From Candidatus Omnitrophota bacterium (GTDB lineage Bacteria > Omnitrophota > Gorgyraeia > Zapsychrales > Fredricksoniimonadaceae), in assembly GCA_903861305.1 (NCBI GenBank), contig CAIOTT010000007.1, positions 6,027-70,026 of the forward strand: a stretch of 64,000 nucleotides of DNA. Reading direction: 5' to 3'. The notes under the pieces are model-generated. The model did no database searches. It was given only the letters and a program-made list of their open reading frames with translations, and was not told where the DNA came from. How positions within the stretch are numbered: the first letter of the stretch is position 1; each line of letters begins with the position of its first letter. Below are positions 9,188 through 19,900 of this stretch, piece by piece. Made by a program: the position numbers and the translations under genes.

Positions 9188-9533
9188 CCAGGCGCTCCTT
9201 GATCTTCTTTATCTCGAGCTCAAGGAGGCCAAGCGACTGCGCCATGCGGTCATTGCGGCTGTTCTGCTGGCATAAAAACACAGTTAACAGAAGGCTTAAG
9301 AACACGAACGTGCATAAAAGGACAAAGAAAATAAAATTGCTCGGCAGCTCAAAGCCACACCAGCGTGACGCCGCGAAGAGGAACTCCTTGAAGATGGAAC
9401 AAAAAAGGCCCAGGGCGGCGAAAAAAAGCCAGGAAAAAGCATACTTGAACGTCAGTTTTTCTCGACGGACGAGCTCAAGGACGAACACAAAGATACTGAA
9501 AGAAAGCATGATCGCGAGGAGTTGGATCGTCAT
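9177..9533 (-). CDS. DUF2304 family small membrane protein
   Basis: MTIQLLAIMLSFSIFVFVLELVRREKLTFKYAFSWLFFA... followed by a C-terminal amphipathic helix (LGLLELEIKKIKERL). This matches my recollection of DUF2304, which typically sits next to a GT2 gene. Confidence 0.75.
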   Translation of the reverse strand: MTIQLLAIMLSFSIFVFVLELVRREKLTFKYAFSWLFFAALGLFCSIFKEFLFAASRWCGFELPSNFIFFVLLCTFVFLSLLLTVFLCQQNSRNDRMAQSLGLLELEIKKIKERLGGR

Positions 9534-10261
9534 GGACGATAAACCTTTCTGTCTTTAAGCGTATGCAAGAGGATGGCGCCCGAGACCTTCACCATGTACT
9601 GGACGGAGCGCAGGGCCGAGATGGAACTGGTGCCCGAGGAACGGGCGCGCATGATGACAGGTATCTCCGTGAGCGCATGCCCAAGGCGGCGCGCGACAAC
9701 TATGGCCTCGGGCTCAGGATAATCGCCGGGATAATGGTCCGCAAAAACTTCAATAAGCCGCCGGTTACAGGCCCGGAACCCTGATGTGGGGTCCGTGACA
9801 GCAAAACCCGTTAAAAAGCGGATCAAAAGGCAAAAAAATCGTATCCCCAGCCGTCGCAACGTCGATGAGCGGAACCCTTCCTTGCCGGCAAGAAAACGGC
9901 TGCCGCTGACCATATCCGCGTGTCCTGCGATCAAGGGAAGGCACAAACGTCCCACATATGAGGGGTCATGCTGACCGTCTCCGTCGACCTGGACCGCGAT
10001 GTCATGATCATGCGCACAGGCATAACGATAGCCTGTCTGGACCGCGCCGCCGATGCCAAGGTTGAACGGCAGCCTGACAACCATCGCCCCGGCCGCGGCC
10101 GCACGCAAAGCTGTATCATCACTGGAGCCATCATCCACCACAAGGACATCGGCATCCATGTCCGTAAGGGTGACACATGCGGCCAGAACCTCACGTACCG
10201 TATTTTCGATCGCGCCAGATTCATTGAACGCTGGAACAATGATGAGCACCCTGGTCTTCAT
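9530..10261 (-). CDS. Glycosyltransferase family 2 (polyprenol-phosphate sugar transferase-like)
   Basis: VLIIVPAFNES...VLVVDDGSSDDT...VQVDGDGQHDP motifs. Soluble GT-A domain of 243 aa. Confidence 0.85.
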   Translation of the reverse strand: MKTRVLIIVPAFNESGAIENTVREVLAACVTLTDMDADVLVVDDGSSDDTALRAAAAGAMVVRLPFNLGIGGAVQTGYRYACAHDHDIAVQVDGDGQHDPSYVGRLCLPLIAGHADMVSGSRFLAGKEGFRSSTLRRLGIRFFCLLIRFLTGFAVTDPTSGFRACNRRLIEVFADHYPGDYPEPEAIVVARRLGHALTEIPVIMRARSSGTSSISALRSVQYMVKVSGAILLHTLKDRKVYRP

Positions 10262-10647
10262 ACACCCGGGATCTTGAAGAATTGTTTTATTTTTGTTAAA
10301 AGACTGCAGTCGATCACCTTGTCAGCGATGCGGAAGACCACGCCCCCCCACTGGGAAGGATCAATCCTGATAACGACCTCCGCTGATGGAAAGCGTTCCT
10401 TTGCGACCGCCCTGACCTGGGCTTCCTCGTCAGCCGAACATCGCGCGGCAAAGATGGCCTCGACCTGACGCGTGTCGAAATTATTCTCCCCGGCCGCCGC
10501 ATACAACTGCTCCAGGGCTGATAAGAAAAGCTCCCTGTTCATCAACTTCTTCATCACAAAAAGGACAACGACGGCGAACACAAGCTGAAAAAGAACGATC
10601 TTCAGAAGAATATTCCCGTTCATAAAGAATTGCGCCAGTCCGCCCAT
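10258..10647 (-). CDS. Small membrane protein with an ATP-synthase delta/OSCP-like C-terminal motif; function unknown
   Basis: N-terminal TM segment (ILLKIVLFQLVFAVVVLFVM). The C-terminal WGGVVFRIADKVIDCSLLTKIKQF resembles the GG-x-x-(V/I)-x-(V/I)-GD-x-(V/I)-(I/Y)-D-x-S ending of F-type delta subunits. No other ATP synthase genes are nearby. Confidence 0.3.
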   Translation of the reverse strand: MGGLAQFFMNGNILLKIVLFQLVFAVVVLFVMKKLMNRELFLSALEQLYAAAGENNFDTRQVEAIFAARCSADEEAQVRAVAKERFPSAEVVIRIDPSQWGGVVFRIADKVIDCSLLTKIKQFFKIPGV

Positions 10648-10650
10648 GCC

Positions 10651-12009
10651 TCAGAGCCTCCCTTCTGACCTTAAGAGAAGATACTTTGCTGCCAGAGAGA
10701 CCGCCTGGTCTTTCTGTTCCGGGGTAAAAAGCTCGTTTGGATGGACGCCGTCAAAAGGGAACGGCCTGCCGTCAGGAAAGTGCCCCCGGGCATTGACCAT
10801 GGCCATCGTTGATCCGTCAGAAAGGTCATAAAGGCTTTTCAAAAGGACCTGCCCCGCCGTGGCTTCGCCAAACACCAGCGCGCGTTTGCGGTCCTGAAGA
10901 ACACCAGAAAAAAGTTCGGCCGCGCTCCCCGTGGACTTGTCCACAAGGACCACCATCGGCCAGTCAATGTGATATCCGGGCGGCAAGACCGGGATATCAA
11001 GGTCGGCCCTGGGACGTGTCCGTCCTTCGAAATACACCAAAGGTTCACCGTTAGGCAGAAAGAACGCCGCAATGGCGCGCGCCGCCAATGGCGGACCGCC
11101 GGGATTTCCCCTCAGATCAAGGATCAGCCCCCGCGGCCTTTGCGCCACAAAGCTTCCGACAAGGCGGGAAAAATCCTCAGGCGTCCCCTGGTTGAATTTC
11201 TGCACCTGCAGGCAATAAATATCGGGCACCCCTGTTGGCTTGATGAACACGGTCTGCTTGAAATATTCACGGCTGACCGCCTCGATAAAGCACGCAGCGT
11301 GCGTCATGGCAGAAATGTAATCAACCTTGACCCTAGCGCCTTCCAGAGGGTTGAGCTTGTCCTTGACCTTAACTTCTTCAAGACCAACGACATTCACCCC
11401 ATCGAGCCGCACAATGAGGTCCTGTTCACGCAAGCCCTTTGCATAGGCATCCGACCGTGGCTCGATGAAGTCCACAAGATATCCCTTGTCCACTGCATGG
11501 CCCTCGATCCCGAGGTCGACTTTCTTGCCGTAAACCTCCTTGACGAACTGCTGCGCCGGCTTGGGCGGAAGGAAGCGCGTGAAAATATCATCCGGCTGCT
11601 TCAGCGCGTCGACGAGATACGCCGCACTGCGCCAACGGACATAGTCACCGCTTTTTCCTTCAAGAAGGATGCTCGGATAGATCTTTTCATCAAAGATCTT
11701 GATAAAACGTTCAAGGTCCGAGCGGCGGACATCAAAATAATAGTTATCTTTCATCAACTGATAAACTTCTTCGAAATAAGCAAGATAGGTGTCACGTGAA
11801 CTGGTGGGGGCCTTCGAAGGAACGGAAGAGGGCTTGGCCGCGGCATCCGCCGCGAATACACGCGTTGCGGCACAGCTGAGAATGGCCATACCAAAGAAAA
11901 ATGACGCGCAGGCATAAACAAAACGATCAGGACGCACAGCACCTCCATGGAAGAAGGTTATATTACCATCAATGAACAAAAAAGGTATCAAAATACGCCG
12001 CAAACCCAA
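10651..12009 (-). CDS. S41 family C-terminal processing peptidase (Tsp/Ctp-like) with a PDZ domain
   Basis: LILDLRGNPGGPPLAARAIAAFF and VVLVDKSTGSAAELFSGVLQD are S41 Ser/Lys catalytic-region motifs. The N-terminus is hydrophobic. Confidence 0.8.
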   Translation of the reverse strand: MGLRRILIPFLFIDGNITFFHGGAVRPDRFVYACASFFFGMAILSCAATRVFAADAAAKPSSVPSKAPTSSRDTYLAYFEEVYQLMKDNYYFDVRRSDLERFIKIFDEKIYPSILLEGKSGDYVRWRSAAYLVDALKQPDDIFTRFLPPKPAQQFVKEVYGKKVDLGIEGHAVDKGYLVDFIEPRSDAYAKGLREQDLIVRLDGVNVVGLEEVKVKDKLNPLEGARVKVDYISAMTHAACFIEAVSREYFKQTVFIKPTGVPDIYCLQVQKFNQGTPEDFSRLVGSFVAQRPRGLILDLRGNPGGPPLAARAIAAFFLPNGEPLVYFEGRTRPRADLDIPVLPPGYHIDWPMVVLVDKSTGSAAELFSGVLQDRKRALVFGEATAGQVLLKSLYDLSDGSTMAMVNARGHFPDGRPFPFDGVHPNELFTPEQKDQAVSLAAKYLLLRSEGRL

Positions 12010-12632
12010 ACGCGGGCCAAAGCTTCCTTGAACGCAGGCACATCAAGGGCCACATTGGTCACAAAATCCTCGTGGGCGCGTCCTTGCCGGTAATCGGGCA
12101 TTTTGGGCGGCATGCAAAGGTAACGGGGAACAAGCGAAAGATCCATGCCATGCAAAAGCGTGCCGTGATGAAGGATATAGCGGTGTCCGCGCCGCTGGGC
12201 GTTGCCGGAAAATTTCTTTTCATTAGCAGAGAGGACAAGGTCGCACAATGGCCTCAATTCAGCCGCAACACCGCAGGCACCGAGGGCCGCGATCACCCTG
12301 GAAAGGATATACTGATAGGAACGCGTGATCGAGGCGATCTCGGGATGGCGCGCCTTGGAAAGGATCAATGAGAAGTTCAGGCATCCCGGCCCCTGAACAA
12401 CGGTCCCGCCCCCGGAAGAACGGCGCAGGACGGGAACTCGGTCCTGCCGGCAGGCCGCCGCGTTCACTTCAAGCTCCTCGCGGCAAGTGCGGCCAAGGAC
12501 AATAAAAACCGAAGGCGCCTGCCAAAACCGGAGGACCTCTCCGCTTTCCGCAGTATCAGCCCGGCGCAGGATCTCATCGTCGTATTCCAGATTCCGGAAC
12601 GGGTCCGGAAAAGAAATATCTTCAACCTTCAT
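11988..12632 (-). CDS. Lipoate-protein ligase / octanoyltransferase family protein (BPL_LplA_LipB domain)
   Basis: LRFWQAPSVFIVLGR...VPVLRRSSGGGTVVQGPGCLNFSLIL...KKFSGNAQRRGHRYILHHGTLL. Directly downstream of the glycine cleavage genes, consistent with lipoylating GcvH. Confidence 0.75.
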   Translation of the reverse strand: MKVEDISFPDPFRNLEYDDEILRRADTAESGEVLRFWQAPSVFIVLGRTCREELEVNAAACRQDRVPVLRRSSGGGTVVQGPGCLNFSLILSKARHPEIASITRSYQYILSRVIAALGACGVAAELRPLCDLVLSANEKKFSGNAQRRGHRYILHHGTLLHGMDLSLVPRYLCMPPKMPDYRQGRAHEDFVTNVALDVPAFKEALARVWVCGVF

Positions 12633-14086
12633 GCTTTCGGAGCGAAGAAATTGACGTTCATCTCCCGCGCGGCTTTGGTCTCGTCAGGACGGGAAATGGG
12701 CATCGTGAGCGGCAGGTGATGAAAAGATCCGGGATCTGTTTTTGTGAGCGCATCGGCCCTAATCATTGCCTCCACGAAAACATCCATTGTCTCCTTGCTT
12801 TCCGTCTCGGTCGGCTCGATCATAATGGCTTCCTTGACCGTGAGCGGAAAATAAACTGTCGGCGGGTGGATGCGCTGATCAATAAGGAATTTCGCGATAT
12901 CAATGGCATGAACGCCCCGCTCCGTCTGCCGTGACGCGGAAAAAAGGCATTCATGCATGCAGATGCGGTCGAAGGCGGCCTGGTAATGGCCCTTAAGCCG
13001 GGACAAGATATAATTCGCGTTCAAGACCGCGTGATCACTCGTCTGCTTCAACCCGTCAGCGCCCAAAAGAAGCATGTAGGCGTAGGCGCGCAGGATGATG
13101 GCGAAATTCCCGTAGAATGAAGCAATATAACCGATCGAATCAGGCTGGTCATAATCCAGGGCAAAAGAGCCGTCCTGGCGTTTGATCACGCGCGATATGG
13201 GCAGGAATTTTTCAAGCTTGGCCCCGACACCAACTGGTCCGGAACCGGGCCCGCCGCCGCCGTGCGGCGTCCCAAACGTCTTGTGCAGATTAAGATGCAC
13301 CACGTCAAAACCGATATCTCCCGGACGACAACGGCCCATCGTGGCGTTGAGATTCGCCCCGTCGTAATACATGATCCCGTCGACCGCGTGGATCAGCGCG
13401 GCGATCTCGCTGATACTGGAATTGAAAACACCATGGGTATCAGGGCTCGTCATCATGAGCCCCGCGACCTCATCCGTTAAAACAGCTTTCAGCTTATCGA
13501 TATCCATCCCGCCCTTCTTGTCGGAAGGGACCGAAATGATCTCATACCCTGCCACCGCCGCACTTGCCGGATTGGTCCCATGCGCCGAGTCGGGGATGAT
13601 CACATACTTTTTCTTGTTCCCCCTGGCTTTGTGGTACGCGGCCATGAGCATGATGCCCGTAAGCTCGCCGTGCGCCCCGGCAAGCGGCTGCATGGTGAAC
13701 GCTTTCATGCCCGTGATCTCGGCCAGCCATTTCTCACAATCAAAAAGGACTTCCAGGGCTCCCTGGACATACCTCTCCCCGCCTTTAAGCTGCGGCAGCA
13801 AGGGATGAAGGTCCGCAAAGCCCGGCATGGCTGCCGCTTTCTCGGTGAATTTCGCGTTGTATTTCATCGTGCAGGAACCCAGGGGATAAAAGTTCGCGTC
13901 AACCGAAAAATTCTTCTGGGACAACTGCGTAAAATGACGGACCACGTCAAGCTCGGAGACCTCGGGCAACTCCGCCGGGACCTTGCGCAAATATTTATCA
14001 GCGAGCGTTGCTTTCAAAGGGACGTCCGACGCCGGCAATTTGAACCCCTGACGGCCACTGGAACTCTTTTCAAAAATAAGTTTCAC
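12629..14086 (-). CDS. gcvPB: Glycine dehydrogenase (decarboxylating) subunit 2
   Basis: 485 aa. PLP-dependent P-protein C-terminal-half motifs are present (HLNLHKTFGTPHGGGGPGSGPVGV). Operon context is gcvT-H-PA-PB. Confidence 0.95.
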   Translation of the reverse strand: MKLIFEKSSSGRQGFKLPASDVPLKATLADKYLRKVPAELPEVSELDVVRHFTQLSQKNFSVDANFYPLGSCTMKYNAKFTEKAAAMPGFADLHPLLPQLKGGERYVQGALEVLFDCEKWLAEITGMKAFTMQPLAGAHGELTGIMLMAAYHKARGNKKKYVIIPDSAHGTNPASAAVAGYEIISVPSDKKGGMDIDKLKAVLTDEVAGLMMTSPDTHGVFNSSISEIAALIHAVDGIMYYDGANLNATMGRCRPGDIGFDVVHLNLHKTFGTPHGGGGPGSGPVGVGAKLEKFLPISRVIKRQDGSFALDYDQPDSIGYIASFYGNFAIILRAYAYMLLLGADGLKQTSDHAVLNANYILSRLKGHYQAAFDRICMHECLFSASRQTERGVHAIDIAKFLIDQRIHPPTVYFPLTVKEAIMIEPTETESKETMDVFVEAMIRADALTKTDPGSFHHLPLTMPISRPDETKAAREMNVNFFAPKA

Positions 14087-15441
14087 GCAAGCACCTCCGC
14101 CATGGCTTTCGCGTAAGCAACGATCTCGCCCCGGGTGCGCTTTTCCGTCACCGCGACCAGCAAATAATCATCCATGCCCGTATAATAACGCCCCAGGGGA
14201 AAACCGGCCGCAAAGCCGCGCGGGATCATGGCCTCAACAACATCAGCGGCGTTCTTCGGCAAGCTGACCGTGAATTCATTGAAACTGGGTGAAGACCTCT
14301 TCACCTCGACCCCCTTGATCTTGCCCAATTCCTGACGGGCAAACTCAGCCTTGTCAAGATTGAGCTGGGCCAGTTGACGCAATCCCTGCTTCCCCAGGAG
14401 CGACATGAAAACAGACGCCTGGGTGGCGCACAACGCCACATTGGTGCAAATATTGGATGTCGCTTTTTCACGGCGGATATGCTGTTCGCGCGCCTGGAGG
14501 GTGTTCACAAAGCAACGGCGTCCCTGGGCATCAACGGTCTCGCCCACAATACGCCCCGGCATCTGGCGGATATATTTCTTGCGCGCCGCCATGAACCCGA
14601 GGTAAGGCCCTCCAAAATTGAGCGGCAAACCCAGCGATTGCCCCTCGCCTGTAACAATATCAATGCCCATTTCCGCCGGTGTCTTAAGAAGGCCCAGGGC
14701 GACCGGATAAACGCTCGCGATGCTGAGCGCACCCGCCGCACGGGCCAGTTCGGCAATGTCCGCGTGGTCATCCACCGTGCCAAAGAAATTCGGATTTTGG
14801 ATGATGACCGCGGCCGTATCTTTATCAAGCAGCTTCGCGATCGCCGCGCGGTCGGATTGGCCATGCACCACGGGAGTTTCGACAAATTCAAAATGCAGAT
14901 TATGGGTGTAAGATCTGATGAGCTTTCGATAAATGGGATTGACCCCGCCATCCATGACCACTTTCCTCCGGCCCGTGATACGGATGGCCATCATCATGGC
15001 TTCATAAAGCGCTGTCCCGCCGTCGTAAAGTGACGCATTGGCCACATCCATGCCCGTGAGCGTGCAAATGCCGCTTTGGTACTCAAAAAGGGCTTGAAGG
15101 GTCCCTTGCGCGCATTCGGGCTGGTATGGCGTATACGCCGTGTAGAACTCGCCGCGCGCGATGATCGCGGGACACGCCGCCGGGACATAATGATCATAAT
15201 ATCCGCCGCCGATGAACGGCACGAGTGCCCCCGTGTTCTTTGACGCCAGGAGCCGCAACCGCTCCATGACCTCGAACTCGGACAGTCCGCCGGGAAGATC
15301 GAACGATCGCGGCGCGTGCGCCGGCTTGATATCCGCGAAAAGAGCATCAATGCTCTTGACGCCAATAACGTCAAGCATCGCACGGACATCGTGTTCTGTG
15401 TTGGCAATATAAGGGTTCAAAGGAAGGTCCTGGTCGTTCAA
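14083..15441 (-). CDS. gcvPA: Glycine dehydrogenase (decarboxylating) subunit 1
   Basis: 452 aa with typical GcvPA sequence (FIGGGYYDHYVPA...YTPYQPECAQGTLQALFEYQ). 4-nt overlap with gcvPB. Confidence 0.95.
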   Translation of the reverse strand: MNDQDLPLNPYIANTEHDVRAMLDVIGVKSIDALFADIKPAHAPRSFDLPGGLSEFEVMERLRLLASKNTGALVPFIGGGYYDHYVPAACPAIIARGEFYTAYTPYQPECAQGTLQALFEYQSGICTLTGMDVANASLYDGGTALYEAMMMAIRITGRRKVVMDGGVNPIYRKLIRSYTHNLHFEFVETPVVHGQSDRAAIAKLLDKDTAAVIIQNPNFFGTVDDHADIAELARAAGALSIASVYPVALGLLKTPAEMGIDIVTGEGQSLGLPLNFGGPYLGFMAARKKYIRQMPGRIVGETVDAQGRRCFVNTLQAREQHIRREKATSNICTNVALCATQASVFMSLLGKQGLRQLAQLNLDKAEFARQELGKIKGVEVKRSSPSFNEFTVSLPKNAADVVEAMIPRGFAAGFPLGRYYTGMDDYLLVAVTEKRTRGEIVAYAKAMAEVLA

Positions 15442-15458
15442 AGGCCGGAATAAAAAAC

Positions 15459-15872
15459 TTACTCGTCGCTGTCTGGATCTCCACCGCGGCCAAGGCTCTC
15501 CAGGTAACTTTCGTATTCAGCCCCCGTCATGAGATTGGAAGCCTCATCCATGTCGGAAACCTCGATCTTGGCGATCCATCCCTTGTCGTAGCAGGAACGG
15601 TTAATGAGCCCCGGATCCTCAGAAAGCTCTTCATTGACCTCCGTGATCCGCCCGGACATGGGAGAGAAGATGTCGCTCGCGGATTTCACGGATTCAAGGG
15701 CCGTGAACTGTTCGAACTGTTCGACCTCAGCGTCCACCTTGGGGAGCTCGACGAACGTGATATCCCCGAGGGCGCTCTGGGCGTATTCCGTGATGCCCAC
15801 GATCCCGACGCCGTCCTCAATACTGATCCACTCATGCTCTTTCGTATAAAGGTAATGCTGCACGATCTCCAT
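15459..15872 (-). CDS. gcvH: Glycine cleavage system H protein (lipoyl carrier)
   Basis: YTKEHEWI...GITEYAQSALGDITFVELP...ESVKSASDIFSPMSGRITEVN, with the lipoyl-lysine motif ESVK. Confidence 0.95.
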   Translation of the reverse strand: MEIVQHYLYTKEHEWISIEDGVGIVGITEYAQSALGDITFVELPKVDAEVEQFEQFTALESVKSASDIFSPMSGRITEVNEELSEDPGLINRSCYDKGWIAKIEVSDMDEASNLMTGAEYESYLESLGRGGDPDSDE

Positions 15873-15891
15873 ACATTCTCCGTCTTTACGC

Positions 15892-16992
15892 TTAAGCCTT
15901 AAGCGTGCCGTCTTTATAGAATGGCCTGGCCACCACTTGCGCCGCCAGTTTTAATTTTTCATCCCCAAATATAATCTCTTTAGGACTATCCGTAAACTCT
16001 TTTTTTATAAATCCAATGCCAATGCCGACCCCCAGGGCCGGAGAAAATGTGCCGCTGACCACATCGCCGACAGGCGCGCCATCCAAAGAAAATATCCGGT
16101 GCCCCTGGCGCGGCGCCCTGCGATTTTGGGAGATAAAATGAACGATCCGCCGCCCGCTTCCCTCGCCGGAAGATTTCGCAAGCGAAGCCTTGCCGATAAA
16201 TTCCTTGTTCAGGTCAACGAAACGCTTGAGGCCCGCCTCGACAGGAGAAATATCCTCGGAAAGTTCGTGCCCGTACAACGGATAAGAAACTTCGATACGC
16301 AGGACATCCCTGACACCCAGGCCGGTAGGGCGAACGCGCCTATCAGCGATTATCGCACTCCATATCCTTTCCGCCTTATCCCAGGGATAATAGATCTCAT
16401 AGCCCAGTTCACCCGTATAACCCGTGCGGCTGACGATCACATCCTCGCCAAGGACGGGAAAAACGCCGAACGTGTAATGTTCGAGCCGTTCGACGCCGGG
16501 AACGATGGCTTTCATGACATCACGCGCCAGAGGTCCCTGCACGTCGATCTTGGCTGTGGCCGCGGAGATATCCGTGAATTTTGATCTGGAGGTCAAATGC
16601 GCCCTGAAATGAGCGGCGTCCTTGCCGATATTCGACGCGTTGACAACGACCATCCACTTCTCGGGGGCCAGGCGGTAAACGATAAGGTCGTCGATGGTCC
16701 CGCCCTGCGGGTTCAACGCCATGCCGTAACGGCATGTCCCTACCGGCTGCGCGGCGATCGACTGGGTCACAATGCCGTCGAGCCCTGATGCCTGGGCGTC
16801 ACCCTCGATGAGGAATTCCCCCATGTGAGAGCAGTCAAACACAGAGCACCCTTTACGGTTGGCGTCATGCTCTTTAAGTATCCCTTCAGGATACTGCAGG
16901 GGCATTTCCCATCCGCCGAAAGGGACCATCTTTGCGCCCAGCTTCAGATGAACATCGTATAACGGCGTGCGGAACAAAGGACTTTGGGACAT
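15892..16992 (-). CDS. gcvT: Aminomethyltransferase (glycine cleavage T protein)
   Basis: TPLYDVHLKLGAKMVPFGGWEMPLQY...CSVFDCSHMGEF...SRTGYTGELGYEIY. Confidence 0.95.
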   Translation of the reverse strand: MSQSPLFRTPLYDVHLKLGAKMVPFGGWEMPLQYPEGILKEHDANRKGCSVFDCSHMGEFLIEGDAQASGLDGIVTQSIAAQPVGTCRYGMALNPQGGTIDDLIVYRLAPEKWMVVVNASNIGKDAAHFRAHLTSRSKFTDISAATAKIDVQGPLARDVMKAIVPGVERLEHYTFGVFPVLGEDVIVSRTGYTGELGYEIYYPWDKAERIWSAIIADRRVRPTGLGVRDVLRIEVSYPLYGHELSEDISPVEAGLKRFVDLNKEFIGKASLAKSSGEGSGRRIVHFISQNRRAPRQGHRIFSLDGAPVGDVVSGTFSPALGVGIGIGFIKKEFTDSPKEIIFGDEKLKLAAQVVARPFYKDGTLKA

Positions 16993-19900
16993 TTAGGACT
17001 CCATCATCATGTCAATGCGCGTCACCTTCCCCCCACGCACATCTTCGGCGAAAGGAGACGGCACGACGCTGCCTGATATTTCTTTGGTTTTCTGTCCGGC
17101 ATAATGCAGGACGATGCGCCTGATAACGGTATGGCGCGGACCAAATGTATCCTTGCGCTTTGGATCATGATAAACGATCAGGGTGCGCCCCATAAAGTTA
17201 AAAGCGCAGGTCCCGGCAGGCAGATGGACCTGGCGACGCTCGCCCGCGATGGTATAAAATACAGCATCGGCTTCCTGTGTCGAAAATAAAGAACCCTTAA
17301 GCACCGGCTTGAAAGAAAGTTCAAGCTCTCCATTCACATTGACGCTGAAAGGCGCGACGCCCGCCGCCATGACCATCCATATATGGACAAATTCTGCCGT
17401 GCTGCCTGACAACCGGGCGACAAAACCCTGCCCGTGCAGCGTTTTATCCGGATGCGCGCTCGCCACAATGAATGAAGAATTCTCGAGTATGCTGCGGCCG
17501 TACGTCAACGGGTCCATGAACGCGACACAGCACGTGGCAAGGTCCTGATAAAATTCTTCGTGCAGCCCCCGACGCAAGAGCTCCAGCAGGTATTTATACT
17601 CCATGTGCAGCCAGATAGACTCGTTCTCAAGCCAGCCGCGCGGGAAAATGCGTGCGCGCCCGATCTCCTCGGTCTCGCCAACGATCGGTGCATTGACCTT
17701 GTACATGCCCAGGGCCTTGTCAAAGAGTTGGCTCCGGCGGACCTTCGCATGAAGCGCTTTAACAGCCGCCCGGTCAGGCTCACAGCGCAACGCGTGGACA
17801 AACCCCTCCAGGAACAGCGGAAGATCATGCCTTTCAAAGGCCAGAGGGCGCACATGAGGCCCTTCTTTGGCCGGCGCGACACCGTCAACAAACTCATGCC
17901 GGGTCACCTTGTGATAAAAATACGTCGGAAAAAGACCGTCCGGCCGCCTGGCCCGCTCAAGCCCCCTGTCGACCTTGTCAACCACCGCCTGCAGGAAAGA
18001 ACGGATAACAGCGAAGCTCATTTCCATCTCGACACCGGATATCCCCACGCGGACTTTCTCACGGTAATCTTCTTTCACCGTATTCGCCTTGTTCCAATGA
18101 TCGATATCGTTCGCCTTCTCTTCAAGGATGACCTTGAGCTCGCCGACAAAAAGCGCCAGCTCCTCAAACACCGCGATGTTCTCGCCATTGCCTTTACCGA
18201 TCTTGTCAACGGCCTCCAGTGCAAAAAGAGCGAACCTCTTCAACTCCAGCGTTTCACAGATCGACGATCCCAGGAGACCGGGAAGACCGTTGAGCGAATC
18301 ATACCAGCTGGGTTTGTTGGCCTCCATGTCGATCCCGATGCCGCTCGGGTCAAGGGTCGCCGCCTTGTTGACGATCAAACACAATAGTTTTACGAGGAGA
18401 TTCGTGCGATAGATCTCGCCCTGGCCGTGACGCACGCGCAGCGAACGCAAGCCGTGGCCCTTGTCCTCTTTCCCCTCGTGCAGGGAATGGTACTGGCGCA
18501 CGCCCAGGGGCGTGAGGACGTAACGCTTGTCGCGCGGCTGCACATGGACCGCGTTATGGTAAAACGTAAATTCCCGGTTCTCGATCAAAAGGGAACGCAG
18601 GTTCTCAGGATAAAGAGAAAGGTAACTTTCAACAAGATCAAGATTGTAGGCCCAATGGTCGATCCAGAAACCCTCCCCATGCTGGGCCGTCTCGAATTTC
18701 TGACAAAGGCCAAGGACAGCACCGAGAAAGTCCTGGGGTTTACCCTTAAGCTGGATACCGCTATCGGCGATAAAGTTGAAAAGATCTCCCGGCATGAACC
18801 CTTTTTTGAGGAACTCCTTGAGCGCCGACGTAGCCCCGGACCTGACATGCGCCCTGATCAGGGCGTCAAGTTTATCCGAGTCTTCAGCGGCAAAGGACAT
18901 CCCGCAAACAACAAGCGGATTGTACCCGTCAGCCTGGGTAAGGGAAAAGAAATTGACGACCGCGCTCTGTTTGAGATCAGAGTTGAACCAGACATCGTTG
19001 CGCCGGTTCTGGTTCACATCCCGGTAATTGCCATTCCCCTGCGAAAGGAACGTCGGGGATAATTTGAAGGCATTGTAATCGCGCTCCAGATCACCGTGTT
19101 TGCGGCTGTAAACATTAAATACCGCCGGACCCGCGCTGGTCTTCAGGCTAAGCGGAAGGCCGCCCCGCAGGACATTGTCCAGAAAGGTCTGGCCGGCATA
19201 AGCATTAAAGGCATCCGAGGACGTATGCGTGAAGGCAAGCGACTTGACGCCCTCGATGATGGCGCGGTTCCTGGCGCTCTTTTGCGCCATGAACCCCCTG
19301 CCGGTGGCTTTCCTGACATACCCGTTAAGCTCTCCGATGCTGCGCGCGAACCCCGTAATGCTGACGATCTCTTTTGCCCCCGAAGGTTTGAGCGTGAATT
19401 TCACAAAACTCATGGCAGAGGGAGTGCGATTGTCGGTCTGTTGATCCTGCGCGGGCCTTATTGACTTTTGCGCCAGGAACAATTCAGGGACCAGAAGGTC
19501 GGTCGCCTCGCCGAAGACCGCCCCCGCCTCAACGACAGGGTCCAGCAACGCGCCCGGCGCGGCCTTCGTATCAAAAGCAAAATAAAAATTCCCTTCCTTG
19601 ATGTACTCCACCTGCGGGATATCAGAAGCCTCAACATTGAGTTGAAAATACGGCGCCTTCTTGTCAAGGTTGCGCACCTTGTACCAGGCCTCAATGGTGC
19701 GGCACATGTTCTTCATGATCCAGTCGTTCTGGCCATAGGGCATAATGACCGGAAGCCCGTCGACCATCTCTACAGCAACAGCCTTTGATGCAATATTCTT
19801 CACGGTCACGGTACGGGCAAGCCCGGCCAAAGGCTCCTCGGGAACGGTGAAATAATTCACCGTGACCGAAAGGCCAAGGGTCTCATTGACCTCGTGGATG